Positions 37,417 to 64,000 of a DNA stretch of 64,000 bases are shown here, one piece after another (position 1 is the first letter of the stretch; every line of letters begins with the position of its first letter). The stretch is from NCBI RefSeq assembly GCF_009914755.1, contig NC_060933.1; one strand, 5' to 3'. This DNA comes from the human T2T-CHM13v2.0 reference genome, Homo sapiens. The notes below the pieces were generated by a model. The model did not search any database and was not told the origin of the DNA. It was given only the letters and a program-made list of their open reading frames with translations. The translations under genes were made by a program, and so were the position numbers.

Positions 37417-38421
37417 ATCTAGACTAATCTAGTCCCATACTCTTCACACTCTTCTAGTCGTATATATGAAACCTACCTCATTTCCTGCAGGTGACCTCAC
37501 ATTCTGCTTGAGTGGGAGGTTGTCTCTTTTTATCTCATAATGTCTATTTAGCCTCATTTGGCATTTTCTTACTCTCTTCTTTCTGTTTTCGTTCTAAGAT
37601 ATTCTCTTTCAATCTCTGTGACTTATCTTATTCCCCAAATTATTTATACTGACAAAAATGCATTCTGTATCACAGAATACAAACAGATAAAAAGGCAGAG
37701 TACTATTTCCCTTAGATGCAATATCTCATCCCCACTCACCTCCTCCAGAATTTAGTTCGTAGGTGTTTTCCTGTCATGTACATCTTCATTTCCTCTCCTA
37801 TAATGGATTTTCTGTGTCTAAAACGTGGTTCATTATATTCTATCCTAAAATATTTTCTAACACTCTTATTTTGAACCTTCTACTTTTAAATTTTTCTGTA
37901 TTCCCTATGACTCCACTACCTCTTTCCTAGACTACTGTAATTTTCTCCTAGCTGTTCTCCCAGCCTCTAATCTAGTGTACATAGTGCTGTAGAATAAAAT
38001 TATATTCACTACTCTAATTAAAGTCCTTCAGTAGTTAACCAATAATAACTTTGATATGTCAAGCATCTCCTATTTTCAAGGTACTAAGCTTGGTACTTAG
38101 GTTAGTATTAGTCTCTCTATTATATGAAAGAGGAAACTGAGGTTTAAAGAGGTCAAGTGGCTTGCTCAAAACTGCATAGCTAGGAAGTGAGGGGCCAACC
38201 CAAGTCTAATGCCAAAGTTTGCACATTTCATACAACTCTATTTCCTAAGGAATGAATTCTAAACTCCTTAGCGTGGTCTTCAGGACTCTTTGTGATTTGG
38301 TTCCAAGCTTTTTCTGGCTACTGCTGACCTTCGTCCACCCCACACTATTGTTAAATTACTGTTGTTTTCCCTATACTATCTTTGCTTTCATTTCTCCTGT
38401 TTGCCCCTTCTCATATTGTAT

Positions 38422-38824
38422 TGTCTTAGTCCATTTTCTATTGCTTATAACCAAATACCTGAAAATGAGTTATTTATAAGAAAAGGAACTTATTTTTTAG
38501 TTATGGAGGTTGAGCAGTCCAAATCAAGGGGTCGCATTTGGTGAGAGTCTTCTTGCTGGTGGGAACTCTGCAAAGTCCCCAGGTGGTACAGGTTATCACA
38601 TGGCCAGGGGGATTAGCATGGTAGATCAGGTCTCTCTTCTTCTTAAGAAGCTACCAATCCCACTCCCATGATAACCTATTAATTCATGAATGGGTTAATC
38701 CATTCATGAAGGCAGAGCCCGCATGATCCAATCACCTCCTACAGGCCCCTTCTCTCAATACTGCCACACTGGGGATTAAATTTCAACATCAGTTTTGGAA
38801 TGAACAAATATTCAAACCATAGCA
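38422..38824 (-). mobile_element. MaLR MST-type LTR
   Basis: tgtcttagtccattttctattgcttataac ... caaatattcaaaccatagca. Confidence 0.85.
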
Positions 38825-40136
38825 TATACCCTCTATCTACATTATCTTTCTCACACATCCCCATAGGTCCAAGCACTTACCCATCTTTCAAAGCCCAATT
38901 CAAGCTTCCCAGCTAAATTCCCTGATCTTCTCTGATCGGTTCTTTTGTTTTTACTGGTAGAGCTTTTCTCACTTTCAAATTTTGTTATCATTAATTGTAT
39001 GTATGCTCTTTTGTCCTTCTTCTACTCAGGCCTCCTTTAGAGCAGGGAATTTGTTATGTGATGTAACATTTTTGTGTAGCATTTTACAAACACTCTTTCA
39101 CGTGTGTTAAGAACGTGGCAAAGAGTCGGAGCTCAGTAAATGTTTATTTGGTTCTAATCTTCATAGCAACTCTCCAAGGTATTATTATGCTTTACTAATA
39201 GTAAGGAAACTAAAGCTCAGAGATGTTAAGTGACCTGCCCAAGGGCATAAATGTTCCAGGATGACACAAGCTCCAACTGGAAAGTTCTGTCTCCAGTTGA
39301 AAGTTATTTCTACTACCTTACCTATGGCATCAGAGTTTTGTTTCCCCATGTATATCCTATCTCGATACCGTGGTAAATGTATGAGTAAATGTCTGTTAAG
39401 ATTCTTTCATGAGAATCATGAGAGATTTATTGGTCACCAAAAAGAAAAGTATTTGAGGATATGACTCATTCTCACACGTAGTATTTATTATTCACTTACA
39501 CAGAAGGAAAACAACCCTCCCATTCTGATAAAATATCTTAGGCAACATTATGTTGAGGTCTGTATTCTCCACGTAAGAACACCAGTGTTTACACACCTTT
39601 AACAAACAAGCTCTTATATTTCATTTAAAATCAGTAGCTAGTAAGAAACTTGAGGAAATAATTTTTTCATCTTTTTTCATTTTTACGTAGCCAAATTATC
39701 ATTCTCTTTCTTATAGTTTCTGCCTTTAGGGCCATATTTAGAAACTTTTCCAGCAGTGGTGTGAGTTGCCAGCAACTCAATCACTTTGCAAGTGTACAGC
39801 TGCCTCCCTGTCTCTGCTAATAGAATCTTCAGCTATACAGACAACTCTATGATGAGCAGAGGGCCTCTAATAATCTCTAGTCCTAGTTGTATTGTATAAA
39901 ATCCTTGTCCTTGGAGAGGGCTGAGCATTCTGTAGGTCCATGCCAATGGGAAGAACCTCTTACCAAAGACTTACAATAATGTGGATATCAAGGAAGCATA
40001 AAAAGCCAACGGTAGAGTGAAGAGCCAATGTGGATAAGTTTGAGGGGTTTAAAATGTCATCAAATCCAAAAGGCAGGCTAGAAATAGATTTCCAAACACT
40101 GGATATGCAGACCTAGTGATCACCAAAGTGTGATTA

Positions 40137-40449
<313 letters not shown>

Positions 40450-40860
40450 TTATACCCTCAAATTCTTTGACATTCCTCTGATTTAGGGGTAGATCTGTCC
40501 CTTCCTCTTGCATCTAGGTAGGCTTAGTAATGCATCAACCAACAGAGTATGGTGGGAAATGAGGCTGTGGATATTCAAGGCTGGGTCAATGCAGTTTCTG
40601 ATTCATTCACTCACTCTTAAAGCCTTGAGCCATACAAGAAGCCTGACTAGCCTGAAACTAACAAGCTGTAAGAAGCCAAGTTATATGGGGCTCTGGTTCT
40701 TAGCCCTCATCTTCAAGTCATTCCAGCCAAAGTGTCAGACGTGAGCAAAACAGTTTTCAGATTATTCCAGTTTGGTCATTTTGCTCCTTGTAGGGAGGTT
40801 CCTCAGTGACTAACACAAATGTCTCTGGATTGGTTCCTTCCCTTTCATATCATTCTGGTC

Positions 40861-41236
40861 CAGAGGTTGGCAAACTATGGCCTGTGGGCTAAATCCAGCC
40901 TGCTGGCTGCTCTTTGTATAGCATACTAGTTAGGAATGATTCCTACATTTTAAAATTGTCATGATCATTTGGAGGAGAAGAGGCACTCTGGCTTTTTGAG
41001 GCTCCGGCGGTTTTTTCATTGATTCTTTCTCATCTTATGAGTTTATCTACCTTAAATCTTTGAGGCTGCTGACCTTTAGATGGGGTTTTTATGGGGACTT
41101 TTACTTAAAATTCAGTTAAATTAAAATTGTTACATTTTAAATGGTTACACAAGTACCTTCATAATATCCTTGATCTGTCTCTTTGGCCTGCAAAACCTAA
41201 AATATTTGCTATATTGTCCTTTACAGAAAAAGTTTT
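40861..41236. mobile_element. MER58-type hAT element containing an internal L1 ORF1 fragment (~40960-41103)
   Basis: Starts cagaggttggcaaactatggcctgtgggc. tttggaggagaagaggcactctggctttttgag is antisense L1PA ORF1 sequence. Confidence 0.75.
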
Positions 41237-41779
41237 GGCTGGGAGTGGTGGCTCACCCCTCTACTTCCAGCACTTTTAGGCAGGAGGACCACTTGAGGCC
41301 AGGAGTTTGAGACGACCCTGGCTAACATAGTAAGACCCTGTCGAAGAAGAAGGAGGAGGAGGAGGAATAAAAAAAAAGCCTGCAACTTCCTGATTTAGTC
41401 CCCCATATAGAAGAGGGATGGAATAAAATAAGAGATTATTGTGAGGCCTATCTAGATAGTATTGACTTCAGTACCCCAGAAACAGAAATTAGACAGATAG
41501 GAACTATTGAGACGAATCTCTCTAAGTGTGACATAATGCTCAATAATCTACTTTAAACTTCTGTATTTCTTTCTTCAAGTCCTAATTTCCCAAGGAAAAT
41601 GACATCCTTCTTGCTCCTTAAGGAAGACTTTGATATTCCAAAGAGATGTACGTCCTATGTTGCTGAATTATTTCATAATTCTAGAATGCTGGAGCCACAG
41701 GGCATTTAGGGATTTTCTAGTCCAACCCCTGTTCCATATTGAAGGAGGCTAGGCTAAATGGCCTAAAGAACATGACTAC

Positions 41780-42249
41780 TGTGAAAGGAAAATTAATCTT
41801 GGGACCCCCAATCACTAAGCTAAAGGGAAAAGTCAAGCTGGGAACTGCTTAGGGCCAACCTGCCTGCCATTCTATTCAAACTCACCCTGCTGCTCACTGA
41901 GATGAATCCACGTCTGATCACCTCCTTTGGAGAGGCTAACCAGAAACCCAAAAGAATGCAACCATTTGTCTTCTATCTACCTATGCCCTGGAAGCCGCCT
42001 CCCTGCTTCAAGTCTTCCTGCCTTTGCTTTGAGTTGTCCCACCTTTCCAGACCAAACCAGTGTTCATCTTGCATATGTTGATTGATGTCTCATGTCTCCC
42101 TAGAATGTATAAAACCAAACTGTGCTCTGGCCATCCTGGACACATGTTGTCGGGACCTACTGAGGCTGTGTCACAAGTGCACGTCCTCAACTTTGGCAAA
42201 ATAAACTTTCTAAATTAACTGAGACCTGTCTCAAATTTTCAGGTTCACA
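41780..42249 (+). mobile_element. Solo MER4A-family (ERV1) LTR
   Basis: TGTGAAAGGAAAATTAATCTTGGG...GTTCACA with AATAAA and a perfect 4-bp TSD CTAC. Confidence 0.9.
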
Positions 42250-42800
42250 CTACTCATCTAGAGTAAAAGTCCTCATGAATTCACTGCAAGACAAGAACAC
42301 AGGAAAGCAACTACCACACAGAAGAGATGTGGACCCCAAAACGTTGGTCTCTTACATCCAACCAGGTGTAATTGGCAAGTAACACAGAGCCAAGCACTAC
42401 ACCTGAGACATCCTCATCACAGTCACAAAGACTGAATCTAAAACTTTGTCAGTACCCTGTGACTTATGGATGACTGTATTTGCTATACAACAGTGTGCTG
42501 GTATAGATATAGGGGTGGTGTGGGTGGGCGTGGGCACTAAGTTGCTAAGTAGTCTGCGCTTACTGTCCCTAATTGTTCCTGCTAAATTCAGGCATCCTTA
42601 AGGTCCTCTGAGAGAAGAAAACCCTCAAATCTTATTGAAGAGAGGCTCTTATTTCATATTCTCCTTCTCTTCTTGCATCTTTTCCCCCATGCTTTCTTCT
42701 CTTACTATCTTCTGTAAAAAAATTTTCTCTCTACTTCTATTCCTGGTCTTCCTTGCTTTGACTCTTCCTCCTCATATTCATGCCAAACTGTTTTTATTTA

Positions 42801-42962
<162 letters not shown>

Positions 42963-43605
42963 TTAATATTTAATATTAAATAAATTAAATATTTCTGTAT
43001 TTATTTAACACAAATGATGGGTTGCTTCTAACTGGAGTAGCAGGTGAGAGTTTGGACAAAGGGAAATGATCTGCAGTAACAAGGCAGAGACATCTGAAAG
43101 TCTAGGGAATATATTGAAAAATGTGATGAAAAAAATTCATTGATTTACCAATACATATCATGATGGCTGAGATGAGAGGAAGTTGAGAAGCGTATAGCTC
43201 TTCCCAAAGGAAATATATACAAAATATCCCAAAGGATATGCAGCAGACTCATCCTTTTAATAATTTCCAAGTAAATAGTCAAAAACCCTGCTTAGGAAAA
43301 ACTCAGAAAATATTGCTTCCACTGGCTTCAGATGGCCTGCTGAATTCCTATGACTCTGTAGACTTCCACTAAATCCAAAATTGAGGAAATTTAAGGGACA
43401 CTGCATTAATAGTATAATCACCCCATGCTTTCTGATACATGCCAAGGTTCTTCTTAGCTGAAAGTAATTTGACCTGGCTATTTGCTAAATGGTTCAAGTC
43501 TGAATGCTGGAAGATTTAACTAACTGCCTTGTGAGAACTACCTAAAGCTGATGCCATGTGGGTAGGCTTGTCCTGTAAGAATTGTTGAACCAGCCTGCTT
43601 ACTGC

Positions 43606-44336
43606 TGAAACCTCCTTTGCAAAAATTATAAATGAGGAAATTATGGCAGTGAAAGAGATCAGACCTAATCCACTCCATCCTGCTTCTAACCTTTAAGCCA
43701 TCTTTGTTCATTCCTAGCTGTAGGCTGAACTAGCCTTGGGAAGGAATTCAGTTCATGGTTTGACTCTGAAACAAAATTGATAATAGCGCTTTCCCCAAAA
43801 GACCTCCTTCTTGCCTGGGGACCAGTCTGCCTTTGTAGGACTAACAAATTAGCTACAAGATTAGAAATTATGGTTTAGGGGTCATGCAGCCTCTGGCTAT
43901 AAGAGTGGGAACCTCCCCTATTGCTTCTAGGGATAACATCACTATTGCGAAACCTGAAATTAGTGCTTGAGATATTTTGTAGACCCTGCACTTGATGGAT
44001 CAGCTGATACCACCTAGACTGGCAATCTGGCTCAACCAGTTCTGTGATCCCATCCAGGAACAGAGCACAGCAAGAAAACCTCACTTGATCCCCTGTGATT
44101 CCATCTCCAACCTGACCAATCAGCACTCCCCACTTCCTGAGCCACTACCTGTCAAATTATCTTTAAAAACTCTGACCTCCCCCTTCCATGCTCAGAGAGA
44201 CTGATTTGAGTAATAATAAAACTCTGGTCTCCAGCACAGCTGAGTCTGTGTGAATTACTCTTTATTGCAATTCCCTTGCCTTGATAAATCGACTCTGTCT
44301 AGGCAGTGGGCAAGGTGAACCCACTGGGCGATTATA
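43606..44336 (+). mobile_element. Solo LTR8-family LTR
   Basis: Starts TGAAACCTCCTTTGCAAAAA and is homologous to 10189-10909. TSD ctgc/ctac. Confidence 0.9.
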
Positions 44337-45197
44337 CTACTACCCACTTTTTTGCTGCTGAGCTCAGCTGTCTGGTTGGGCTTCTATCCAGTGCCTCCTC
44401 TATTCCAACAGATGTATCCGTCTTACATAATAGGACTATTCTCAACTCAGACCATCCTACCTCTACCAATGAGTTGTGAAGGCAGAACACGTGACCAAAA
44501 GAAAAAAAACAGAAGCAGAAGAAGAAAGTTTAAATAACCCCTACACAATCTGATTTTGGATTTCAACTAAGAAAATAGCATTTTATCTGATAAAATGATA
44601 TATGATTTCAAAAATCCTACTGAAGCTAATTTCTCTAATTCAACTAATTTGAGAATGCTTGTCAGAACCTTCTTAGAGTGGTGCCAACAACATTTCTATA
44701 CTCACTTGTATATGAGAAAGTTTAGGCAGAAATCAGAATTTTGATTTGCTAAAATGTAATCTTTGATGGTTAAAAAAATTCATTGTTTTTTTTTACATAA
44801 ACATTAACATGAAGCCAGACTTTGGAGGACTAGATTATGAATAAGGTGGCTTTTTAAACTTATTGTTTAAATCTCACACTTTTGAGAATGAAAAAAGCAA
44901 ATTAATAATCATGCCAGGGCAATGGGAAAAAACTGAGGCTGTTGCAGTCAAGTCAGGAAGTTCAGTCACTCTAATTATCAGCCACATTTTGTGAGAACGT
45001 ATTCAGAATTTCCCGTGTGGTAGGAGAAGGGATGCTGGAGAAATTTTCTCCCTGCATCTGCTTTCTCACTTCCCTTCCTCATTTCCCTAGAGTTCCCTAA
45101 TGTCTCCTCCAACATCCTCAGCTACTTTTTCTCATCTTTATTCACTAGAATGTGAACTGAATTTGACATAAAAATGAAGCATCAAAACTAGTTTCAC

Positions 45198-48686
<3,489 letters not shown>

Positions 48687-48942
48687 AAGTACCAGTTCTT
48701 AATGCTGGTATTTGCCTAGGATCTTGACATTTGCCTGTGATCCCCTTCCCCCCTGCATAAAGATCCTGTAATTTGAGCTCAGTTCCTTGAGCTCTTTGAT
48801 ACTCTCAGACTATACTATGATTATAAGAAACTACTTAAGTCCCTTCTCTGGCTGACTGGTCTCATATTCCCACTAATAATAAATAACATAGTTTGTATTC
48901 ATGATCTGGGTTACACCCAAGCTAGCAGCTATATAATACTTT

Positions 48943-49545
48943 TGTAACCATAATAGGTTCATTGCCAATGTACACAGCAAGTCAATACACTGAGACAATA
49001 GGTTGTGTGTTGCAGAGAAAGAGGTTTAATCATAGCGCCACTGAACGAGGAGATGGAAGTAAACTAATATGTCTCCCCGAGAAGTTTGGGGCTAGAGTTT
49101 TTTTTAAGGCTTTTGGAGTGGGCCAAAGAGTGGAGATTGATTGGTTGAAGAGTGCAGGGTGAAGTCATGGGACAAGGAGATGAAGAAGCTGTATTCTTTT
49201 GCTGATCCCGTTCTTCTGTGGGGTTCTTCAAACTGGTTTCTAGAATTCGGGGTCTGAGAAAGATCATAAGTAATCCTTAAACAAAAGCCTTATTATCCTA
49301 ATGTCGGAGATCCTATCTGTAGGAACAATGGAGATGCCAATGAGTCTTGAACAGTCTTATGACCCTAATGTCAGAGACCCTATCTATAGGAACAATGGGG
49401 ATACAGATGGTCAGCATCTAGTGCTGCATGACTTTTACCAACAAGGAAGTGGACCAAAGTGCAGCCTGATTAATGCTTAATTATAACTATATTTCTGTCC
49501 TGAACCTGGCATGCAATTCTTGTCAACCCTGTGGGAGTGGCTTCA
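48943..49545 (-). mobile_element. Solo ERV1 LTR (LTR26-like)
   Basis: Minus strand begins TGAAGCCACTCCCACAGGGTTGACAAGAATTGCATGCC and ends GTTACA. Confidence 0.7.
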
Positions 49546-49596
49546 TTTTGAGACATAGAGAGCTTTTTTCCTGTTGTGCTTTCTGGATCAAGCTAA

Positions 49597-49972
<376 letters not shown>

Positions 49973-50565
49973 TCCAAAAGTCAAATTCTTGGCTTTGAGT
50001 TCTAAAGTAGACTCTTGAAATTCATAGCAGAGACAATAGACTGGAAAGCAGAGATTTCTAAATTGTGAGAGTTGGGCTGTTTGAAAGAGAAAGTATTTTT
50101 AAGTTCAGAAGCTTGGCTTTGAAAATCAAGAGTCAAAGTCCAAATATAAACTTTAGACCATAATTATCAGACTCTGGAAGAATATAAGATGAGGCACAAG
50201 CAGTTTTCCTAAGCCAAAAGGAAGTAAAATTTCTACCACTAGGCAGGAGAAAGAATTGGAGAGCACATGAAGGAACTTGGCCTCATGGATGTAGTTTCTC
50301 TCCTTTATGAACTTCAAGCTGAGTCCTAAGAAGGAGACGGGGAAACACATCAGCTATTCTGCTGAGGATTAGGGGGCCTCTCAGAGCAGGAAAATCATCA
50401 TCAAGCTCCCCAGGTGTTGCTTGGTATGATGGCACATTTGGCAGTGAAGCCTGTCTATAGCAGGGCACCTGATCTGAGGAGGAGCAATGACTAAATGTGC
50501 TGTCCAGGTAGACGGGCCTCAGGGCAGCTCCTAAGAGGCCTGCACACCTCTGAATAACGTGGGAA

Positions 50566-51340
50566 CATAACTGCCCAACGGGTTCTCCTTGCCCACTGCC
50601 TAGACAGAGCCAACTTATCCAGGAATACTGTCTAGGCCCGCTGCCTAGACAGAGCCGACTTATCAAGAAATTTCAATGGAGGAAAAGTATAATTCATGCA
50701 GAGCCAACTGTACGGGAGACTAGAGTTTTATTATTACTCAAACAAATCAGTCTCCCTGAAAACCAGAGACCAGGGTTTTTCAGGATAATTTGGTGGGTAG
50801 GTGGTTGGAAAGCGGAGAGTGCTGATTGGTCGAGTCAGAGGTGAAATCATAAGGAGTCAAAGCTGTTCCTTTGCACTGAGCCGGTTCCTGGGTAGGGACC
50901 ACAAGACCAGATGAGCCAATTTATCGATCTAGTTGGTGCCACCTGATCCACTGAGTGCAAGGTCTGGAAAATATCTCAAATGCTGATCTTAGGTTTTATA
51001 ATAGTCTTGTTATTCTCAGGAGAAATTTGAGAGGTTCAGAATCTTGCAGCCTCCAGCCACAGGACTCCTAAACCATAATTTCTAATCTTGTGGCTAATTT
51101 ATTAGTCCTACAAAACCAATCTAATCTCTAGTCAGAAAGGGAGTTTGTTTTGGGAAAGAGCTGTTATCTTCTTTGTTTCAAAGTTAAACTATAAACTAAA
51201 TTCCTCTCAAAGTTAGTTTGGCCTCCACCCTGGAATGAACAAGGACACCTTGGAGGTTAGAAGCAAGACGGAGTCGGTTAGGTCAGATCGTTTTCACTGT
51301 AATAATTTTCTCAGTTATACTTTTTGCAAAGGTGGTTTCA
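50566..51340 (-). mobile_element. Solo LTR8-family LTR
   Basis: Ends tttttgcaaaggtggtttca on the plus strand and is homologous to the other two LTR8 copies. Confidence 0.9.
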
Positions 51341-51379
51341 GAAAAACCTTCAAAAGTTCCCAGTATGGCGGCTCCTCAT

Positions 51380-52275
<896 letters not shown>

Positions 52276-53077
52276 AATCTAATTAAAAAAAACTAAAGAA
52301 GGACAAAAATGACTGAAAGTGAGGCCAGTGGACCTGGAGAGGTCAGGATGAGGAAGACTTAGAGTGACTTGTGAGGTCCTGGGGACTGATGAGCCAAGTG
52401 GGCACAGACATTTCAGCACCGTTATAGGGGGGATAGGCAACCAATACAAAAGAAACAGATTATTCATCTTAGAAGAAGCCAACTAGGTGGTTTGCTGAAG
52501 CCCATAAACCATGTTCCTCTTTCCCAAAGTCAGGATGATAGACCACCCAGGAGGACTTGGATCATTCAGAACCTAGATGTTACACCCCAAGAAGGGAGAG
52601 AAGGAAGTAAAAGGAGAAAATCCTAATTTGACTATTTAACCAAAAAAGATTGAGTTTAAACTGCAAGTAACTGAGATTACTTTGGATTACAGAGTTAGGT
52701 TTTCCATTATCAGTGAAATAACCCATGAGCTAAAGTGAGTTATAAGGAAATCATTTACATTTTGCACACATGAATGTGACTGAGAAATGTATTTCCATTG
52801 TGTTGTTATATACCTTTTCTAAACCTAAAACTAAGGTGTTTCTCAAATCTGTGGCAATAATGGGGCACTTTGGTGTGGAACAGGGAGTTCTTGGTTCAAG
52901 ATTATTGCATCTTCTTTGCACTCACCATCTGATGCAACCACATAGTCATATTGATGGTCATCTTCTAGACCAACCCCAGAACATGGGTATTTATGAAGCT
53001 GGATCTTTGGGGTACCTACAGTTAAAACAATGAACAAACATGGCTCTTCAGGTCCCATGTGGCACCTAGGCCTTTGA

Positions 53078-56360
<3,283 letters not shown>

Positions 56361-56898
56361 AAAAAGGAAAAGAAAAAGAAAACTAAAAGATATAGTCAGG
56401 CTCAAATACCAGATAAAGATATCCAAAATCCAGAGAGCAATAGAAACTGTGAACAGCGAAAAGGACTGAAACTGGGTAGCTGGTAGTTTGGCTTTTGTAG
56501 GGCAAAAGGGATTGAAAATGCTTCATAGGAGATGGGAGACTGGAGCCAGGCACAAGCTCAAAGACCTGAACAGTGGTGGGGCACCCTCAATGTTATGAAG
56601 AGAGAATGAAAATGAGCTGCTCCTAACTGCTGCTTGGGACCGTAGGTTCTAGTGAGCTGTAGGCCTAAGGTTTACAAGGCCATAGCCTTGCAACCAAGAG
56701 ATAAGTCAAACACCCAATGTTTATGACTAGATCTGCCCTGCTCTTAATATCTTCTTTGATTCACTGCTAGTAGACTGTGTTCTGATTTAGAGACCCGGAC
56801 TGTGGAATAGAAGCAATAAAAAAACTGATGGGCAAGGGAAGGTAAGGAGAGGGGTTGAGAAAGACAGAAAAAGAGGCTGGGCAGAGTAAGATTCTGTC

Positions 56899-56982
56899 AG
56901 GAAAGAAAGAAAGAGAGAGAGAGAGAAAGAAAGAAAGAAAGAAAGAGAAAGAAAGAAAAGAAAGAGAAAAAGAAAGAAAGAA

Positions 56983-57014
<32 letters not shown>

Positions 57015-57241
57015 AGGAAGGAAGGAAGGAAGGAGAGGGAGGGAGGGAGGGAAGGAAGGAAGGAAAGAAAGAAAGAAAACGGAAGAGAAGGGAAGGGAAA
57101 GTAGGGAGGGAGGGAGGAAAGGAAGGAAGGAAGCAAGGAAGGAAGGAGAAAGAAGAAAGAAAGAGAAAGAGAGAAAGAAAAAAAGAAAGAAGAAGGAAGA
57201 AAGGAGGGAGGGAAGGAAGGAAGGGAAGGAAAGAAAGAAAA
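56899..57241 (+). repeat. Polypurine compound microsatellite (GAAA/GA/GGAA/GGGA)n
   Basis: 343 bp with only three pyrimidines (57080, 57102, 57134). Confidence 0.97.
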
Positions 57242-57599
57242 CAATATATTTTCACTAAAAAACCCATACACCAAAATCCCAAAACAAATATATTGCTAAT
57301 AAAGATAGCCAATAAAATCAACAATTGGAATAGTAATCCAATCCAGCTGAATGCTTTACACAATGGTATGACAAAGCCTTAAACATAAGTATGCTGAGGA
57401 TGTAAAAAAATATATAAATTAAGATATAACTTCCCTAAAACAAAATGGGGAAAAAAAGGAAACTCTTTTAGATGGGTATCTAAAAGAACCAATTCGAAAT
57501 ATGGAAATCAAAAATAACAATCATTTGAAAAAGGAATGAACCACTCATACATACAACATGGATGAACCTCAAAAACATTATACTAAATGAAAGTAACTA

Positions 57600-63829
<6,230 letters not shown>

Positions 63830-64000
63830 TCACCATCCACATCAGGTTCCCTACTTTGAAACACCCTGGGGCCAGGATTTTTCTGGATATGCATTTGAAA
63901 GTCCTGACACATTTCTAACTTGTGATCCAGACTTCACGATGGTTCTTCTGTTTTCTACCCAATCACTCTTTACATTAGTCTTATTGATTTTTTTTTTTAT

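Noticed and set aside
56767-57382. Long ORFs of 198, 175 and 125 aa
   Set aside because: These are translations of the purine microsatellite and are low-complexity artefacts.

Overview
Human (primate) genomic DNA, Alu-dense. The left half holds the 5' end of SHOC1 (C9orf84/MZIP2, a meiotic ZMM crossover gene) on the minus strand. I recognised the gene from the peptide [48 protein letters not shown]. Five exons can be reconstructed with canonical splice sites: exon 1 (donor at 28262), exon 2 (24816-24736, ATG at 24780), exon 3 (19396-19273), exon 4 (14378-14291) and exon 5 (9334-9150). A CpG-rich promoter lies at about 28.1-28.7 kb. The right 35 kb is repeat-rich upstream/intergenic DNA containing a PRRC2A processed pseudogene and several solo LTRs. 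No prokaryotic-type system (CRISPR etc.) is present, and most ORFs in the track are Alu, L1 or low-complexity artefacts. The most interesting observations are: (1) a spliced 34-codon uORF overlapping the SHOC1 start codon; (2) a perfect, self-palindromic 29-bp x ~7 tandem array carrying NKX2-type motifs next to exon 2; (3) colinear ancient Tigger transposase remnants on both sides of exon 2; (4) a PRC1.6-type, possibly bidirectional promoter; (5) many templated-insertion and fold-back scars. Repeat family names come from recalled consensus sequences, not from a search.
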